Shown here: positions 11,988 through 24,908 of the stretch, in pieces
Layout: every line of letters starts with the position of its first letter
Numbering within the stretch: the first letter of the stretch is position 1
NCBI GenBank assembly: GCA_950097015.1
Contig: CATNEN010000002.1
Location: 7,936,001 to 8,000,000 of the forward strand
From: Macrostomum hystrix
Taxonomy: Eukaryota; Animalia; Platyhelminthes
Reading direction: 5' to 3'
DNA length: 64,000 nt
Translations under genes and position numbers: made by a program
Notes under the pieces: model-generated
Seen by the model: only the letters and a program-made list of their open reading frames with translations
Database searches by the model: none
Told to the model about the DNA's origin: nothing

Positions 11988-12554
11988 TTAAAAACTCGAG
12001 TCAGTCGGCGTTTCGGCCAAAACGATCGACTTTCGTGTGGTTGGGTCGTCCGCCGTTACTGTCTTCTCCACACCATCCTTCACCAAGTCGATATATAGAA
12101 CTCCATCGCATTCGTCAATCCTCACGTCGGCCTTCGTCAATCCCCTCAGCCACTCACGGCCCCTGAAGCCGAATCCATACACGATTTTAAACAGAACCTC
12201 AAATTGTAGACGCGTCGGTGTCGTACGGTCGAAATACACACGCAGCCGATGGAAGTCAGAGTCATCAATTGGACAGTACGTAGACGCATTGCCAATAGAC
12301 GTTTTCTCCCTCAGAGCCGTCATCAGGCATGCCTTGTACGTCCGTTCAAACGACAAAAATTCTGTGTTACCTATAATTCGCACGTTCCTTGTATCCAGCA
12401 CGTACCGATGAATAGACGCCCTGAAGCACACCAGACTTCGGACAGCGTATGGCTTGCCTTCCTGAGTCCTCAGTGACACAAACCACAGCCGCATATAGGC
12501 ACAAAGATAGCGGATCGGCATTGTTTCGATGCTGTCCGGCAGTTTCTGGTCCAC
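11988..12554 (-). pseudogene. Crypton-type (DUF3504-like) tyrosine recombinase, N-terminal part
   Basis: LRTQEGKPYAVRSLVCFRASIHRY, IIGNTEF, IDDSDFHRLRVYF..TPTRLQFEV and FGFRGRE match the Crypton/KCTD1/ZMYM/QRICH1 recombinase pattern. The ORF stops before the HxxR/Tyr region. Confidence 0.75.
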
Positions 12555-12566
12555 CAGATATTTTTT

Positions 12567-12835
12567 GGGGGTGTCACAATGGGTGTCAGAGTGTCACAAT
12601 GCGTGTCAGAGTGTCAAAATGGGTGTCAGAGTGTCACAATGGGTGTCAGAGTGTCACAATGGGTGTCAGAGTGTCACAATGCGTGTCAGAGTGTCAAAAT
12701 GGGTGTCAGAGTGTCAAAATGGGTGTCAGAGTGTCAAAATGGGTGTCAGAGTGTCAAAATGGGTGTCAGAGTGTCACAATGGGTGTCCGAGTGTCACAAT
12801 GGGTGTCAGAGTGTCACAATGGGTGTCAAAGTGTC
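12567..12835. repeat. 20-bp minisatellite (GGGTGTCAGAGTGTCAMAAT)n
   Basis: Period 20, about 13 copies, directly 5' of the recombinase fragment. Confidence 0.96.
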
Positions 12836-13544
12836 AAGAAGGCTTATTTTAAGAGTGTCAAAATAATGTCAAAGTGTCAAACAAGATATCGAAAAGGTGT
12901 CAAAGGGGCAATACCAGATAAGGCAAGATTGGCCGAAATATGTTATCAGTTGTGTCAAAGCTGGCAGTGTTTAGCGATGAGTAAGCGATGGCACACGCGA
13001 GTCCGTTTTGAGATCGTGCTGAGCAGTGAGTCGCCATTGACCCGAGTCAATCGATATCGAATTGTCAGCCAATTGAATGCAGAGAAACTGAGATTGACTT
13101 TCAAGACGGTTTGAAAGCAAAAGTGGAAAGTCTGAGCACATTGTCGCTGAAGTGAAGCGCAGCGAGATCACGGAGGGTCACGTGCTCGAGACTTCACTCG
13201 CCACGTGGCCAACCAGGTCTGCCGCCTTCGCCGCCGCAGCTTCCTCATCTTTGCCGAGGCCTGTCAAGCGAATCTTCTGGGCTGCAGCGGACTTAAATTG
13301 CGGCAATATGTCTATGAAATACTGATTATTGGCACCCCATCGCTTTGATTCTGAGATAATATGTCTTGACTTATTCGCGATAAGAAAGTCAATTAAAAAT
13401 TCTTATCTTTCATTCGTCTTCGACAAAAACTTTGCCAGCAAAATCTCGTTTGCAATATTTGCGTTCTGTGTCGTCAATTCGACGAAATTTAATCGAATTT
13501 CTAAAGATCGTCTTAAAATTTCCTTAGATCGTAGATTTTCTTTA

Positions 13545-13680
13545 GATTGTTAACTTTCTTCAGATCGCTAACTTTCTTCACATCGTTAACCTTCTTTAGA
13601 TCGCTAACTTTCTTCAGATCGTTAACTTTCTTTAAATCGCAAACTTTTTTGATCGCTGAATTTCTTTAAATCGTTACTTT
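13545..13680. repeat. Degenerate ~18-bp repeat (AGATCGYTAACTTTCTTY)n
   Basis: About 7 degenerate copies. Confidence 0.75.
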
Positions 13681-14638
13681 TTTATATTCTTAGACTTTTT
13701 GTTAGCTCTAATAGCTCTAATAGTTTCATCCCTAAATCAATTTATCGATTTGCCTATCTTGTCCGCCTGCTTTTCCAGCCGCTATGACTCATTAAATTCG
13801 CATTCTTTGGAAAAAGATTTTTCCCCATTCAGTGAAGGAGTCTTGGCTGCGCTTCTGTCACTGTATGCGATTCCCAGCTTACTGGGGTCAGAGCCTCACC
13901 CGCGGGCGGGTGAAACACCAAGTGTTTAATCTTACAATTGATGCGGCCATTGCTGGGATTCAAATCGAATCCTGAGCTCCACCCCCCCCCCCAGTTTAGC
14001 GGGCCGCTTTGGTCGAGGCCAGTCGAATCGCCATAAAAATTTACAACTCGGTAAACAAGACAAGATGGATGGCCCGCAAACCCGGCCTTGCCTGAGCCCC
14101 ACCAACTCGTAATTCAATTCAAATTGGCGATTATGCAAATCCTCATCAACTCTTTGAGCTGCTGCTGCTGCTGCTGCTAGTTCCAGCCGCTTTCTCCCTG
14201 CTGGTCAGTTTTTCCGATTCCCTGTCAGTTCAGGCGTTAAACTGCTTAATGAGACGAGTGCAGGCCAGGAATCTAATTGACACTGACAAACTTGCCAGCA
14301 TGACAATGCCAAGATCCCATACCCTGGCATTGCTGGCGTTCAGGTCCCGCCATAATTGACATTGACAGTCCAGTTCTGACACTCGCTCATGTCGCTTTGG
14401 ACAACTGTTTTGAGCAGTAGATTAGGCTGGTATAATTACCCCGCTGTAAGAATGTGCAACACCTGCTGCCTTATGTTGCTCTGAAGCAGTTCGCTAGCTG
14501 AGGGTGAAAGTATAACATCAGAAAGTATCTGATTTTCTGGTTAGACAATGGGACGCTCCAAACAAGAGACTTGCGCAGGCTGCTCAAGCTAGACTTAGAC
14601 TTCTGGGGAGATCTGGAGACCCAGCAGACCCAGTCTGC

Positions 14639-15583
14639 TGGTTCTCCAGACGCAGACTGGAGACCCAGCGGTGCCTGAGCGACTCTCTGGCGCTGAGAAC
14701 AGGATCGTCAAGATCAGCTCCCGACTGCGTGTTGGCGGCTGATCGAATTAGCGGTCTGTTAGTGGCCCAGTTCGACTCGGACACTCGCCAGTGCTCGCTG
14801 TTCAATTACGAGCTACATTGTCGTGTGCCACCTCATCGATGGACAAGCCAGCAATGGAATCAACGCACTGCACAGCTGTGCTGCATTCGCCAATGCCAGA
14901 GCCGTCAACTTCATGACGCTGAGCAGGAAGCTGATGAGCAGTGTGGGCTCGAAGCTGCGTGCAGCGTGGGTGATGAGTGACGATGAGGAAGCCAGCAAGA
15001 GCAACTTGGTGTGCGGCGAGACGCAGCAGTGGCAGTCGGAGTCAGTGGAGTTCACGAGCGACGGAGCCAAGTTCAATGGAGTGTCATCCAAGATGTGGCT
15101 GAAGGGAGTGGAGTTCTTCAACTTGCAGCAGGGCCTCACGTGGCTGACTAGGCTCAAGCGTGAAGCGAATGAGGCGCCAATTCTCGAGACCTACAACTGC
15201 GATTCGAGAGAACCGGGAAGCGGTTTCTGGAACGGCTGGCCTGCGAGCAGGGGAGTGAGCTATCTGAGGTTGGCTCCAATAGCCAATTCGTATAGAACCG
15301 ATGCATCAACCATCAGCTTTGACCCGAATTTGTGGAGGTTGGCATCACATCAGCTACTCCAGACAGTCGTACGTTTTTCTCTAACGGCCGATTCGTCTCT
15401 TCGTCTAAAGTTTATCACACGAGTACTTATTTTAAGAATGTGAATCAGTCGTTTTACTGCTTCTCTTTGGGATATCGAAACAATCGATCAAAAGTGTTAA
15501 ACGGGACAGTTAGCGCTGTCTCCGTGATGAATGAAACAATGACCGAGATTGAGGTCAAAGCCTTCTTTCAGCTGGTTTCCTGA
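14639..15583 (+). pseudogene. PAN/Apple-like + LamG-like family, copy A (frameshifted)
   Basis: ORFs 14729-14980, 14823-15443 and 15332-15583 join through two frameshifts into a homologue of copies C/D, ending LNGTVSAVSVMNETMTEIEVKAFFQLVS. Confidence 0.85.
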
Positions 15584-16869
15584 CTGTCCGGGCGCATCTG
15601 AATGTGCAGAAATAAACCGCAATGGCACGGCCCTACTCGACCCAAAGACTTTTCTTAGTTGTTTTAGCACACACATCTTATGTTTCAAACATACGAGCTA
15701 CAAACGCTTCACTTCTGTCTTTACTTCTGGCTTTACAATGCGATATGAGCCTAGATACAATAGTTTGTGGAACCTAGATACAATGCTCATATCGCATATC
15801 ACTTGACGACTTTGTTTTCAATTTATTAACCATACAAAAGCCTTGTTCACACCAAACCTTTCCAAAACGAACAACCCTCAACAAACCCAGTAACGCCAAA
15901 CCCACACAAAAATCTTCACTGCACGAAAATCCAAACTGTAACGGAGGTAAAAAGCTTAATTAACTGTGATTTTCGACACGCTATTCAGTTTTGATTATCT
16001 TTCTTTCCTACAAATTTTCTTGTCGTTTTTGAAACATAGAGAAGCGGGCACCTCTAAAGTGCACTGGGCCCTCAAAGTCCTCAATGTACTTTGCATCGCT
16101 CACCTTCTGTTCTGATTTCGAATATTTTCGAATTGTTTCCTCAATTTGGGCCCAAACTGAGAAGGCATACATATTCTAGACTTTATAGCCTCTGCTCACT
16201 CATGCCTCTGTGCCGACTGTAACAAAAAGCTACTCAGATAGTTCCATTGTTTGCCAGCATCGAATCGTGTCGAGACGCTTAACGCTAGACTGCTAGAAGG
16301 CAAGCAATTTTGAAGAGAATAAAACCTGTACTTGCTAATTACTGGTCTATATCGGCGTGCAGTAACTAAAAGGTGTGCAAGTGCCAAACACTGATGGTAA
16401 AATCTGAATTACCTGTCAGATTCAGATTAGGATTTTCGTAGTTAGAGGGGTCGAGTGGACACCTACACCGAAGTTTAAAACTAAATGGCTTGAAAGTTTA
16501 GAATTCGCAAGGAAAAGTTTCTTACGAATGTGTCGCTCAGATCAGTGAACTAAGGTGACGTACATTGTGTAAACGAATGTCCTCTATGAATGTAGTACTG
16601 ATTAATTAATAACAAATCTAATAAATTTACACCGAAAACAAGAGATTTGATGGCAGTTGACAACATTTCTGGTGAATGATTCCTCAAATTTGGTTCTTGT
16701 TTAAAAAATTCTTTACTTTGCCGAAATATTCGCGCATCTCAGCCTCATGAAGTCAGGGTCGGTTCATTGTGGGGAATTACAGCACTGAATCCTTAATCTA
16801 AGCTCATTAATAGACTCGTGCTTATGTTTATATATTCGATATACTCATCGAATTGTCAAGCCACATCTT

Positions 16870-18115
16870 TGAGAAGTTCCCATCGAAACCTGGCTCCATC
16901 GCTGCTGGCTCACTCATTCTCTCATGGAGTGAGTCCTTCCATGAGATCGGCGCTGCCTGAATCCAGATTCAACTGCTGTACCTCGCCGCACATGGATCTG
17001 CTCTGTCTGGCTTCCTCATCATCACTCGTCACTCGGGCATCGACGAATGCAGCGCAGCTGCTGGCACTGCTGGCTTGTCCCGTGATAAGATGGCACACTT
17101 CAGTGAACTTGAACAGCGAGCACTGGCGAGTGTCCGAGTCGAACTGGACCGTTAACAGACCGCTCATTGTGCTCGCAATGCCGATGCACACGAGCTTGCT
17201 CGACACTAGCCGGGGTGTCTGCAGAGCCATGTTGTCGGGCAGGCAAATTGGCGTCTGCAATCTGAACCACTCGGTCTCGCTGGCACAGCGGGCCAACCGG
17301 GCGAGGCTCAGCAGCAGCGCGAGGCCTGAAATTTGTTTGTTGAGTTGGTCCTAAACTCGGCTAGAGCCTTGCCAAGGCCGGTTTGACAAGATCGCTTTTT
17401 GGCCCCCTGCCTGCGGTCTTCACCCCTACCGCCGACGTCACCTCTCGGATTAACCAGTGGGTCGCATCGAAGCACAAGGACAGGTGGATCAACAACGCCG
17501 ATTGTCGGCAGTCTCGCGCTGCTGTTCCATGCCGTCCACTGCCCTCCGCAAAGCCCTGCTTGGACTCAACCGCAGCGACACCAGGGCAGTCACCATGGCC
17601 CTCTCTGGCCATGGTTGTTTCGCTTGGCATCGCTACCTCCAAACAAAATACTCAGGGGTGAGTGCCCTTTCTGCCCCTCCCATGTAGCGAATGCGGAGCA
17701 TTTCATTTGCGACTGCCCCACCTTTCATTCAGGACAGGCCCACCAACCTCCGACCAATCCCGGACCTCTCCAACATTTTCAGAGAATCACGCTCAAGTCA
17801 GGCCTGAGAATATCTCCAGCTCGTCCGTTAACTAAGGGCCACCGGGCGATCGACTCTCCACCTCCTGGATTCTCCGGAGGAGTACCGCGCCATGGAAGCC
17901 AGCACCACTGAACCCGCGCAGCTTTAGTTGCCCGTGGTCGCCAGGGGCTAGCGGGATGGTCGGCAACGCCTCCCTGCTTCGTCTGAAAGATGCCCTTGCA
18001 GCAAACTCAAGTCAAGTCAGTTGGTCCTAAACACGGGCTAGACGCTAGTTTTTCATGGGGTGCATTTATACAATTCAGAGACTGAGTCGTGTAACTCACC
18101 TGCTATAAATTGCAT
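16870..18115 (-). pseudogene. PAN/LamG family, copy B (internally deleted and truncated; LINE in its intron)
   Basis: Exon 1 is 18115-18100 (MQFIA, GTGAGT donor). Exon 2 starts at 17325 (LALLLSLARLARCASETEWFRLQTPIC...). A deletion removes the NFMTLSRK..AAWV segment, followed by an early stop. Confidence 0.8.
17357..18018 (+). mobile_element. 5'-truncated non-LTR retrotransposon with a 14-bp TSD
   Basis: TSD AGTTGGTCCTAAAC at 17343-17356 and 18019-18032; [13 protein letters not shown] and CPFC..AEHFICDCP C-terminal zinc motif; (CAAGT)n tail. Confidence 0.82.
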
Positions 18116-18424
18116 TAGTGAAAAAGCAGGTTTTGTTGTGAAGATTAAAAAATATTTTTTTCTTGTTGAAATGCTCAAAGTATTTTTTACACTCAAAATC
18201 GTCACTAACTTTCTGCGTTGCTATTGCCTCCACTATTAAAGAGTCGATATATAATGAGTGCTTGTATTTTATTCATAATGCAGCCTCACCTACCACCAAT
18301 AGGGTGTGCTCCGAGCAGACAAGCACACAAGAATTCCTCTATTTTAACTAAATTGGTCTGATTGCTGCTGAAGCCTCGATACAAGGAAATCCAACAAGAT
18401 TATAACGCCTGCTTTTTCCGAAGA

Positions 18425-18820
18425 AGCCATCCTCACCAACCCATCCTCACCAACCCATCCTCACTAACCCATCCTCACCGACCCATCCTCACCAACCCAT
18501 CCTCACCAACCCATCCTCACCAACCCATCCTTACCAACCCATCCTCACCAACCCATCCTCATCAACCCATCCTCATCAACCCATCCTCATCAACCCATCC
18601 TCACCAACCCATCCTCATCAACCCATCCTCATCAACCCATCCTCATCAACCCATCCTCATCAACCCATCCTCATCAACCCATCCTCACCAACCCATCCTC
18701 ATCAACCCATCCTCATCAACCCATCCTCATCAACCCATCCTCATCAACCCATCCTCATCAACCCATCCTCATCAACCCATCCTCACCAACGCATCCTCAC
18801 CAACCCCTCCTCACCAACCC
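18425..18820. repeat. 14-bp minisatellite (CCATCCTCAYCAAC)n
   Basis: Period 14, about 28 copies. Confidence 0.96.
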
Positions 18821-19207
18821 AACCCAGATGATATCCGTTTAAATCTTATTAGCACGATTGCCTGTCCGGGCTAGTCAATATTCAAGTTATAATCAATGTA
18901 GACCGTACAGACATCTAGGCCTATTTTAGAGGCAAAATAGGAGCCATGTCTGAGCTTAGCCAACCGTGATTTCGCTTTCTTGTTTAGTTTCGTCTTCATT
19001 GTTGTTTTCGCAATAGCTTTCGTGCTCATTCTGCCGAAGTGACTATGCGCTGCTTCTCATCGCCACCTTTTGTTCCCTGTCATATTTGACTGGTGTCAAA
19101 TTGTGTTTTCGCTATTCAATCGGGCGCCATTGTGTTCTGATTCAGCAAGATCAGAAGCCTAGTCAAGGTAACACGGAAGCCTAGGTGACTCGATCGAGAC
19201 AGTAGAG

Positions 19208-19491
19208 CAGGGGTCGGCAACATTATACACCTTGTGGGCCAAAAAGAGAATCATAAAGACGACAGCGGGCCACACGTTGATGTGGAAGGATGAAGACATG
19301 CGAGAGATAGAAGAAAGATGAGACAGGGGAGAGATGAGACAGGAGAGATGAGAGGAGAGATGAGACAGGGGAGAGATGACACAGGAGTGAGATAAGACAG
19401 GATATAGAGTTGGTGTTGAAAGGAGCTAAGAGCCGGATTTGGAGCGTCGAGGGCCGCATCTGGCCCGCGGGCCGGAGGTTGCCGACCCCTG
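19208..19491. mobile_element. hAT (Charlie-like) MITE
   Basis: TIRs CAGGGGTCGGCAAC / GTTGCCGACCCCTG; 8-bp TSD CAGTAGAG (central TA) at 19200-19207 and 19492-19499. Confidence 0.92.
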
Positions 19492-20324
19492 CAGTAGAGA
19501 GACCATCTCAAATGCCTACAATTTTATTTTTCTGCTTTGAGATGCCAGGCATAACTTTTCTGCGGACAAAATTTCATCATGGAACCATGTCGGCTCCACA
19601 AACTATGTCAATTAGTTAGTCGCAGGCACCTTTTTTTCTCAGCATCCAGGTGCTTTGGTTGAAGGGCCCGACGGTCGCCGCCGATTTTTCAGACGACGAA
19701 AAAGAGAATCCTGATTGCTGGGATACTGAGATCAAAGGTCCCTACGTCAGATGGACTCATATTATTTGACTAATATGAATTCGCTATACCTGTAGGTTTA
19801 TCTAGAGCTCTGTCAGCTGTCGTTGTCACCAGGGTCTTCGACAAGAATCGCTGAATATCTCGACGATGCTGACGTCGGACGGCATTGAAAGCAGGTGTGG
19901 TGGACTTTCACGAAAATCGGTCATTCGGTTTGGGAGCTATCGTGAAGTAGGCAGTGGGCATTTGAAACAGCCCTTGGACTTTCTATAGGGGAAAAGCGGG
20001 GTCTTTCTTTCTCGTACTTCCTTCTTCTTTCTTCATTCTTTTTTCTTTTTTCTGTCTTCATAGTGCAATCGAAGTTTGCGCCATTCAGACCTTCAAAATG
20101 CATCACAAACTTAAAACACTGAAACGCGGCTTTTGAAGATGGAAGCTCCTTAAGATCTGTTGTAAATTTACTACAAGACGAAAGTAGAAAAGACGAAAGT
20201 CGAAAGTAAGTACTACAAACTGATGCCTGACAGCATTAAACTGAGAATTTTGTTTAAGAAGAGACTTCAAAGCTTCACCAGACAGCAGGCTGTTCTTCAC
20301 CGACGGTGTCACCTATCGTGTCGC

Positions 20325-20452
20325 CTATCGTGTCACCTATCGTGTCACCTATCGTGTCACCTATCGTGTCACCTATCGTGTCACCTATCGTGTCACCTAT
20401 CGTGTCACCTATCGTGTCACCTATCGTGTCACCTATCGTGTCACCTATCGTG
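20325..20452. repeat. 12-bp minisatellite (CACCTATCGTGT)n
   Basis: About 10 copies. Confidence 0.96.
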
Positions 20453-20526
20453 CGTCTCTGAGACTGCTATGCAAAGTCAAAGCAGAAACTGCTGGATTCC
20501 TGAAGGACGAATGACGAGTGTCGAGC

Positions 20527-20607
20527 GGAACAGTGAGCGTTGTCTCCTATTTGCATGACACAATGGCCGAAACAGAGATCAAAGCCTTCTTTGAGCTGTT
20601 TCGCTGA
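20527..20607 (+). pseudogene. PAN/LamG family, 3'-end fragment (copy F)
   Basis: Reads GTVSVVSYLHDTMAETEIKAFFELFR*, homologous to the family C-terminus. Confidence 0.65.
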
Positions 20608-20958
20608 CAAGTTGCTCAAAAGCGTCAGAAAATGTGACAAATTCAAATTCCTAATGCAGGCAGAAATGAAAAGTTGAGCACTGCATAATGCTCGATATCT
20701 ATGCTCGTATAATGCTGGTGTAACTTCCTGGTTGATGCACCGAGCATGCCTCCATATGATCACTCAGCTGTGAGTGAGCAACACTTTATATTTTTCCTTT
20801 GTGCGGAGAACTTCTGATCTACTTGACAATCGTTCAATATGGCTCACATCATTGCTGCGTTTGAGCACAGCAGCCACATACAGTTCGATTTCAGAGCTGC
20901 AGTCAGATCGAGAACATTGTCGGCATTGTTGATTTAGATTAGGATAGTACTGATCCAT

Positions 20959-22116
20959 TCAGCGAACCGTGATAAAGAACTTGCTGATTTCTGCCTCAGT
21001 TAGGGTGTCGTTCGCAATGGCCACCGCCCGGATGGTGCCGTTGAATGTGAGATCTTCAGGAGTGTATGCTCCCAAGTATAAACAAGAGGGTGAATCCAGA
21101 ACTGGCTTTTCTAGAGGAAAATCAAATTCATCTTGCAGACCGTAATACTCTGAGTTGCAGTTGAACTGAACCAGACTCTTATTCATTGACGGTGAGATGA
21201 CTGCGAGATCAACGAAATCTTCTGAGTAAATGTCGCACAATTCCGCGGCAACAAAGAAAACCGTGTCTAAAATGCTGTTTCTTGAAAAACTAGTCTGTTC
21301 ATCAGAAGACAATTTCGGTTTGAAGAGGCAATACCACATTAGATCCGTGCCACATGTAATTTTCGTGAAAATCATTCCTGAACCAAATTGTTTTTTTCTG
21401 ATCAGCAGTGAGAGTCCCTGCTCAGTTTCACCGAAATCCGCATTGTCCATCGACATATTTGAGGATACTCCATTGAACTTGGCTCCCTCGCTCGTGAACT
21501 CGACTGACTCCGACTGCCACTGCTGCGTCTCGCCGCACACCAAGTTGCTCTTGCTGGCTTCCTCATCGTCACTCATCACCCACGCTGCACGCAGCTTCGA
21601 GCCCACACTGCTCATCAGCTTCCTGCTCAGCGTCATGAATCTGACGGCTCTGGCATTGGCGAATGCAGCACAGCTGTGCAGTGCGTTGATTCCATTGCTG
21701 GCTTGTCCATCGATGAGGTGGCACACGACAATGTACTTGAACAGCGAGCACTGGCGAGTGTCCGAGTCGAACTGGGCCACCAACAGACCGCTCATTGTGC
21801 TCGCAATGCCGATGCACATGATCTTGCTCGACACTCGCCTTGTCTGCAGAGCCAGAGCGTCGGGCAGACACCGTGACGTCTCCACCCTGAGCCACTCGGC
21901 CTCGTGGCCGCAGCGGGCCAGCTGGGCGATACTCAGGAGCGAAAAAACAATGAGACCTGAAAAAGTGTTATCCTCTTATTAATTAAACTCGATCGTTTAA
22001 TTTATTAGTTATTGGATATCGTGAAAAGTTATCAGCTGCATAAAAGCTGGTGGTAATGTTTTGCCATCCAATCTTGCAAAAGATTTCCCAGCCAACTTAC
22101 CTTCGAGGACACGCAT
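20959..22116 (-). CDS. Secreted PAN/Apple-like + LamG-like (ConA-fold) protein, copy C, intact
   Basis: Exon 1 is 22116-22101 (MRVLE, GTAAGT donor); exon 2 is 21956-20959. It has a signal peptide, LRAAWVM..AKFNGVSS (LamG entry strands) and FNGTIRAVAIANDTLTEAEISKFF (LamG terminal strand and helix). Confidence 0.82.
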
Positions 22117-23299
22117 AGTGGCAGGAGTTGTCGTTTTAGAATTGAAGCCTTCCTAATATCCGTCACTTATAGCAGCAGTCTTTATATTATTAGAAGGTAG
22201 TCTTTTTTGTTTAAATAAAGTGAGCGCACCTGAGTGTCAATTTTTATGCGAGTCGACATAACAAAGAGGCTCACCAATCAGAGCTGCTCGACTTTTAACA
22301 AATTCTTGGAATTGACTCGTTGAAATAAATCCGATTGAGACTATTGGATGGTGAGTCACCGTGGAAATTGTGTGCAGCCCAGCAAAGCACATGCATGTGA
22401 ACTAAGTGCTACTTGACCGTCCTCAGCGCACCTTTTTAGAGAGAGAGGGTTGTGGTCGAAGCTCCGGGCAAGGGCTCTTATTGAGTCTACGCACATGCCT
22501 ATCAGCTTGCTTCGTCTTACCTTTCACTTTTCACGAGTTCTGAGCCGCTCCGGAGTTCTGGAGTTTTTCCATGACGAGTCTTAACAGAATCAAGGTGAGC
22601 GCACCAATAATTAAGCGATGCATTCGTCGCTGACTAGGTGCGGTGACACTGGATATTGTAGAGCTCATTGTTCTGCCGTTCCTATGACCGACAGTATCTT
22701 CAAAGCAGCTAGCAATGTCATTAGTGCAATAAGGAAACATTAAGGAGTCGTCATCGGAAATCGACACCGGAGACACTGACCGACCACATTCCTACAAGAG
22801 ACTCCAGAGTTGATAGCGTTTGGAAATTCAGATTTGGAAATCAAGTGCTAATAATCAAGGTGTTTAGCTCCAAGTTCGTATTCGTTGCTGGAATAACGAA
22901 TTGTTGTTGGAGCACACGCACACAGATTGTTTTTTCAAGCGATGCTGCTTGCCTTCATCCAAGCGGAGCTGCTTTGAGTCGTTAGAGAGCTTTTGTTCTT
23001 TGTTTTCGAGGCTATTCAAGGAGGCCCTTTTTGTTCTGGCTCAGGAGGAACAAGCGAAATCTCACTCTTAGAGAGGGCCTCAACCATGGTCTCTGTACGG
23101 AAAAAGCAAAATAATATCTGAAAATGGCAATCGTCTCATTGCTTCTCGTTCGCTTGAATAGCGTCCTAATTACTGGATGTAATGACACTAAATGACAAAG
23201 GAGAGCTGCAGGCTCAACATTTAGGTTAGTAATAACAAAATTATGTTCGCGTGAGGGTTTCTGGGCACTGGCACAACTTTTGGTGACAGCAGACACGTA

Positions 23300-23560
23300 C
23301 CCAGCGAGGATTCTGCTCATTCCACTGACTCATGAGCACACACGCCACAGATACCGTGCGCAGGCACACTCTTACGCAGGCGTGTACATCTGCCCTAATT
23401 TTCTCATCGCCAGGTAGAGTACACCCTCAACGTGCCTTAGGGGTTGGCAGTCAAGGGCAAAAAATGATGAACTGCGCGTCAAGCCCCAAGCCTTCTCTCC
23501 GCGTCTGCGCTCCAAATGAATGTGGCCTCGCCGCGGAATCGAGCTCAGTGACCTCAGGCC
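23300..23560 (-). mobile_element. tRNA-derived SINE, degenerate copy
   Basis: Shares GGTTGGC..TCAAGGGC, CCCCAAGCCTTCTCTCCGCG and CCAAATGAATGTGGCCTCGCCGCGGAATCGAGCTC with the other copies. Confidence 0.7.
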
Positions 23561-24184
23561 TCGCCGCATTGGCAACAGTAGGAGCCTCGATGAGAGGATC
23601 CTCGATAGCGCAGGACGCCAAGCTCATTCCGATTTCTGCAGCGAAGGCCGCCAGCCGCCGCCAATGCCTAGATCAATGGCATGAGACCTACGGCGCGACT
23701 GCCACCGAAGCACCAGCCACGAGCTCTGCCAGGCGCTGCCATTCCCTCCCTATAAGAATACTTATAAGTAGGCTAATAAGACCGCTCGTTTAGCACTTTT
23801 GCAAATCTAACAAATTTGAGAACGGGTGCTCGTGGTATGTCAAGCACAAATTAAATTTTGGAACTGATAATTATTTGCATGCCCCACATACAGAAGTCAC
23901 ACTTGCAGTTAAAATACAAATGCGAAAATGCATAATCACTACTTGTAGCAGTGGCTCAAGGGAAATATAAGCTGCAAACAGTAGAAACGTTTTTTGGCCT
24001 GCAGCACACTAACAAAAAAACTAATCGAAAATTTTCATAGAAACAAAAAACCGGCAAAAAGACGCGAAACCTCCACCGACAGGAAAAGGGTAAGGCTCCC
24101 CCAAGTCGGGTCAAGCACTCCCTAAAATATCAGGGTTAATCGCCTGCGTGCTGGCTTTTTTGATAGTGACTCTGATGGGGTATT

Positions 24185-24468
24185 GGGACTCTTATAGGGT
24201 ACAGGGACTCTGATAGGGACTCTTACAGGGACTCTGATAGGGTATAGAGACTCTGATAGGGTAAAGAGACTCTGATAGGGTATAGAGACTCTGATAGGGT
24301 ATAGGGACTCTGATAGGGACTCTGATAGGGACTCTGATAGGAACTCTCATAGGGACTCTGACAGGGACTCTGACAGGGACTCTGATAGGGTATAGGGACT
24401 CTGATAGGGCTCTGATAGGGACTCTGACAGGCACTCTGACAGGGACTCTGAAGGGACTCTGACAGGGA
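24185..24468. repeat. 12-bp minisatellite (AGGGACTCTGAY)n
   Basis: Period 12 with variants. Confidence 0.93.
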
Positions 24469-24582
24469 CTTGGCTTATCAGCATATGGAAGCCACGTTAC
24501 AGCACTTCGTGTTCTCCCCTGGCCCGTGGCTGTGTGCACCACAAGCTCTGTATTTCGTAGTGCTGAGTGTGACAATAAGTCA

Positions 24583-24908
24583 ATAATAATAATAATAGTT
24601 ATAATAATTGCAGGAGGGCTGCAGGCAACGGCTCATCATTTGGTGACGCTAGACCCGCAGCCAGCGAGGAAGCAAATTCTGCCCACTCATGAGCACACAC
24701 GCACACGGATACCATTCGCTCTCACAGGTGTGACCATCTGCCCTGACTGTCTGATCTTCAGGCAGTGTAAACTTTCACTGTGCCTTGAAGGTTGGCCCTC
24801 AAGGGCGTAAATTGCACGACAAAACGACCAATGAATGTGGCCTTGCTGCGGAATCGGGCTCAGGGACCTTGGTGCGAGTGGCAAACGCGTTAACCGCTCT
24901 GCCACTCT
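24583..24908 (-). mobile_element. tRNA-derived SINE with (ATT)n tail
   Basis: The minus strand has A box TGGCAGAGCGG, the shared body, and a 3' ATTATTATT tail. Confidence 0.8.

Noticed and set aside
13900-14140. B-box-like GGATTCGATTTGAATCC as a second SINE or a tRNA
   Set aside because: No convincing A box, cloverleaf or second copy in the window.
20764-20958. Cys-containing ORF starting right after the copy C stop codon
   Set aside because: It is short, has no counterpart after the other paralogues and has no recognisable motif.
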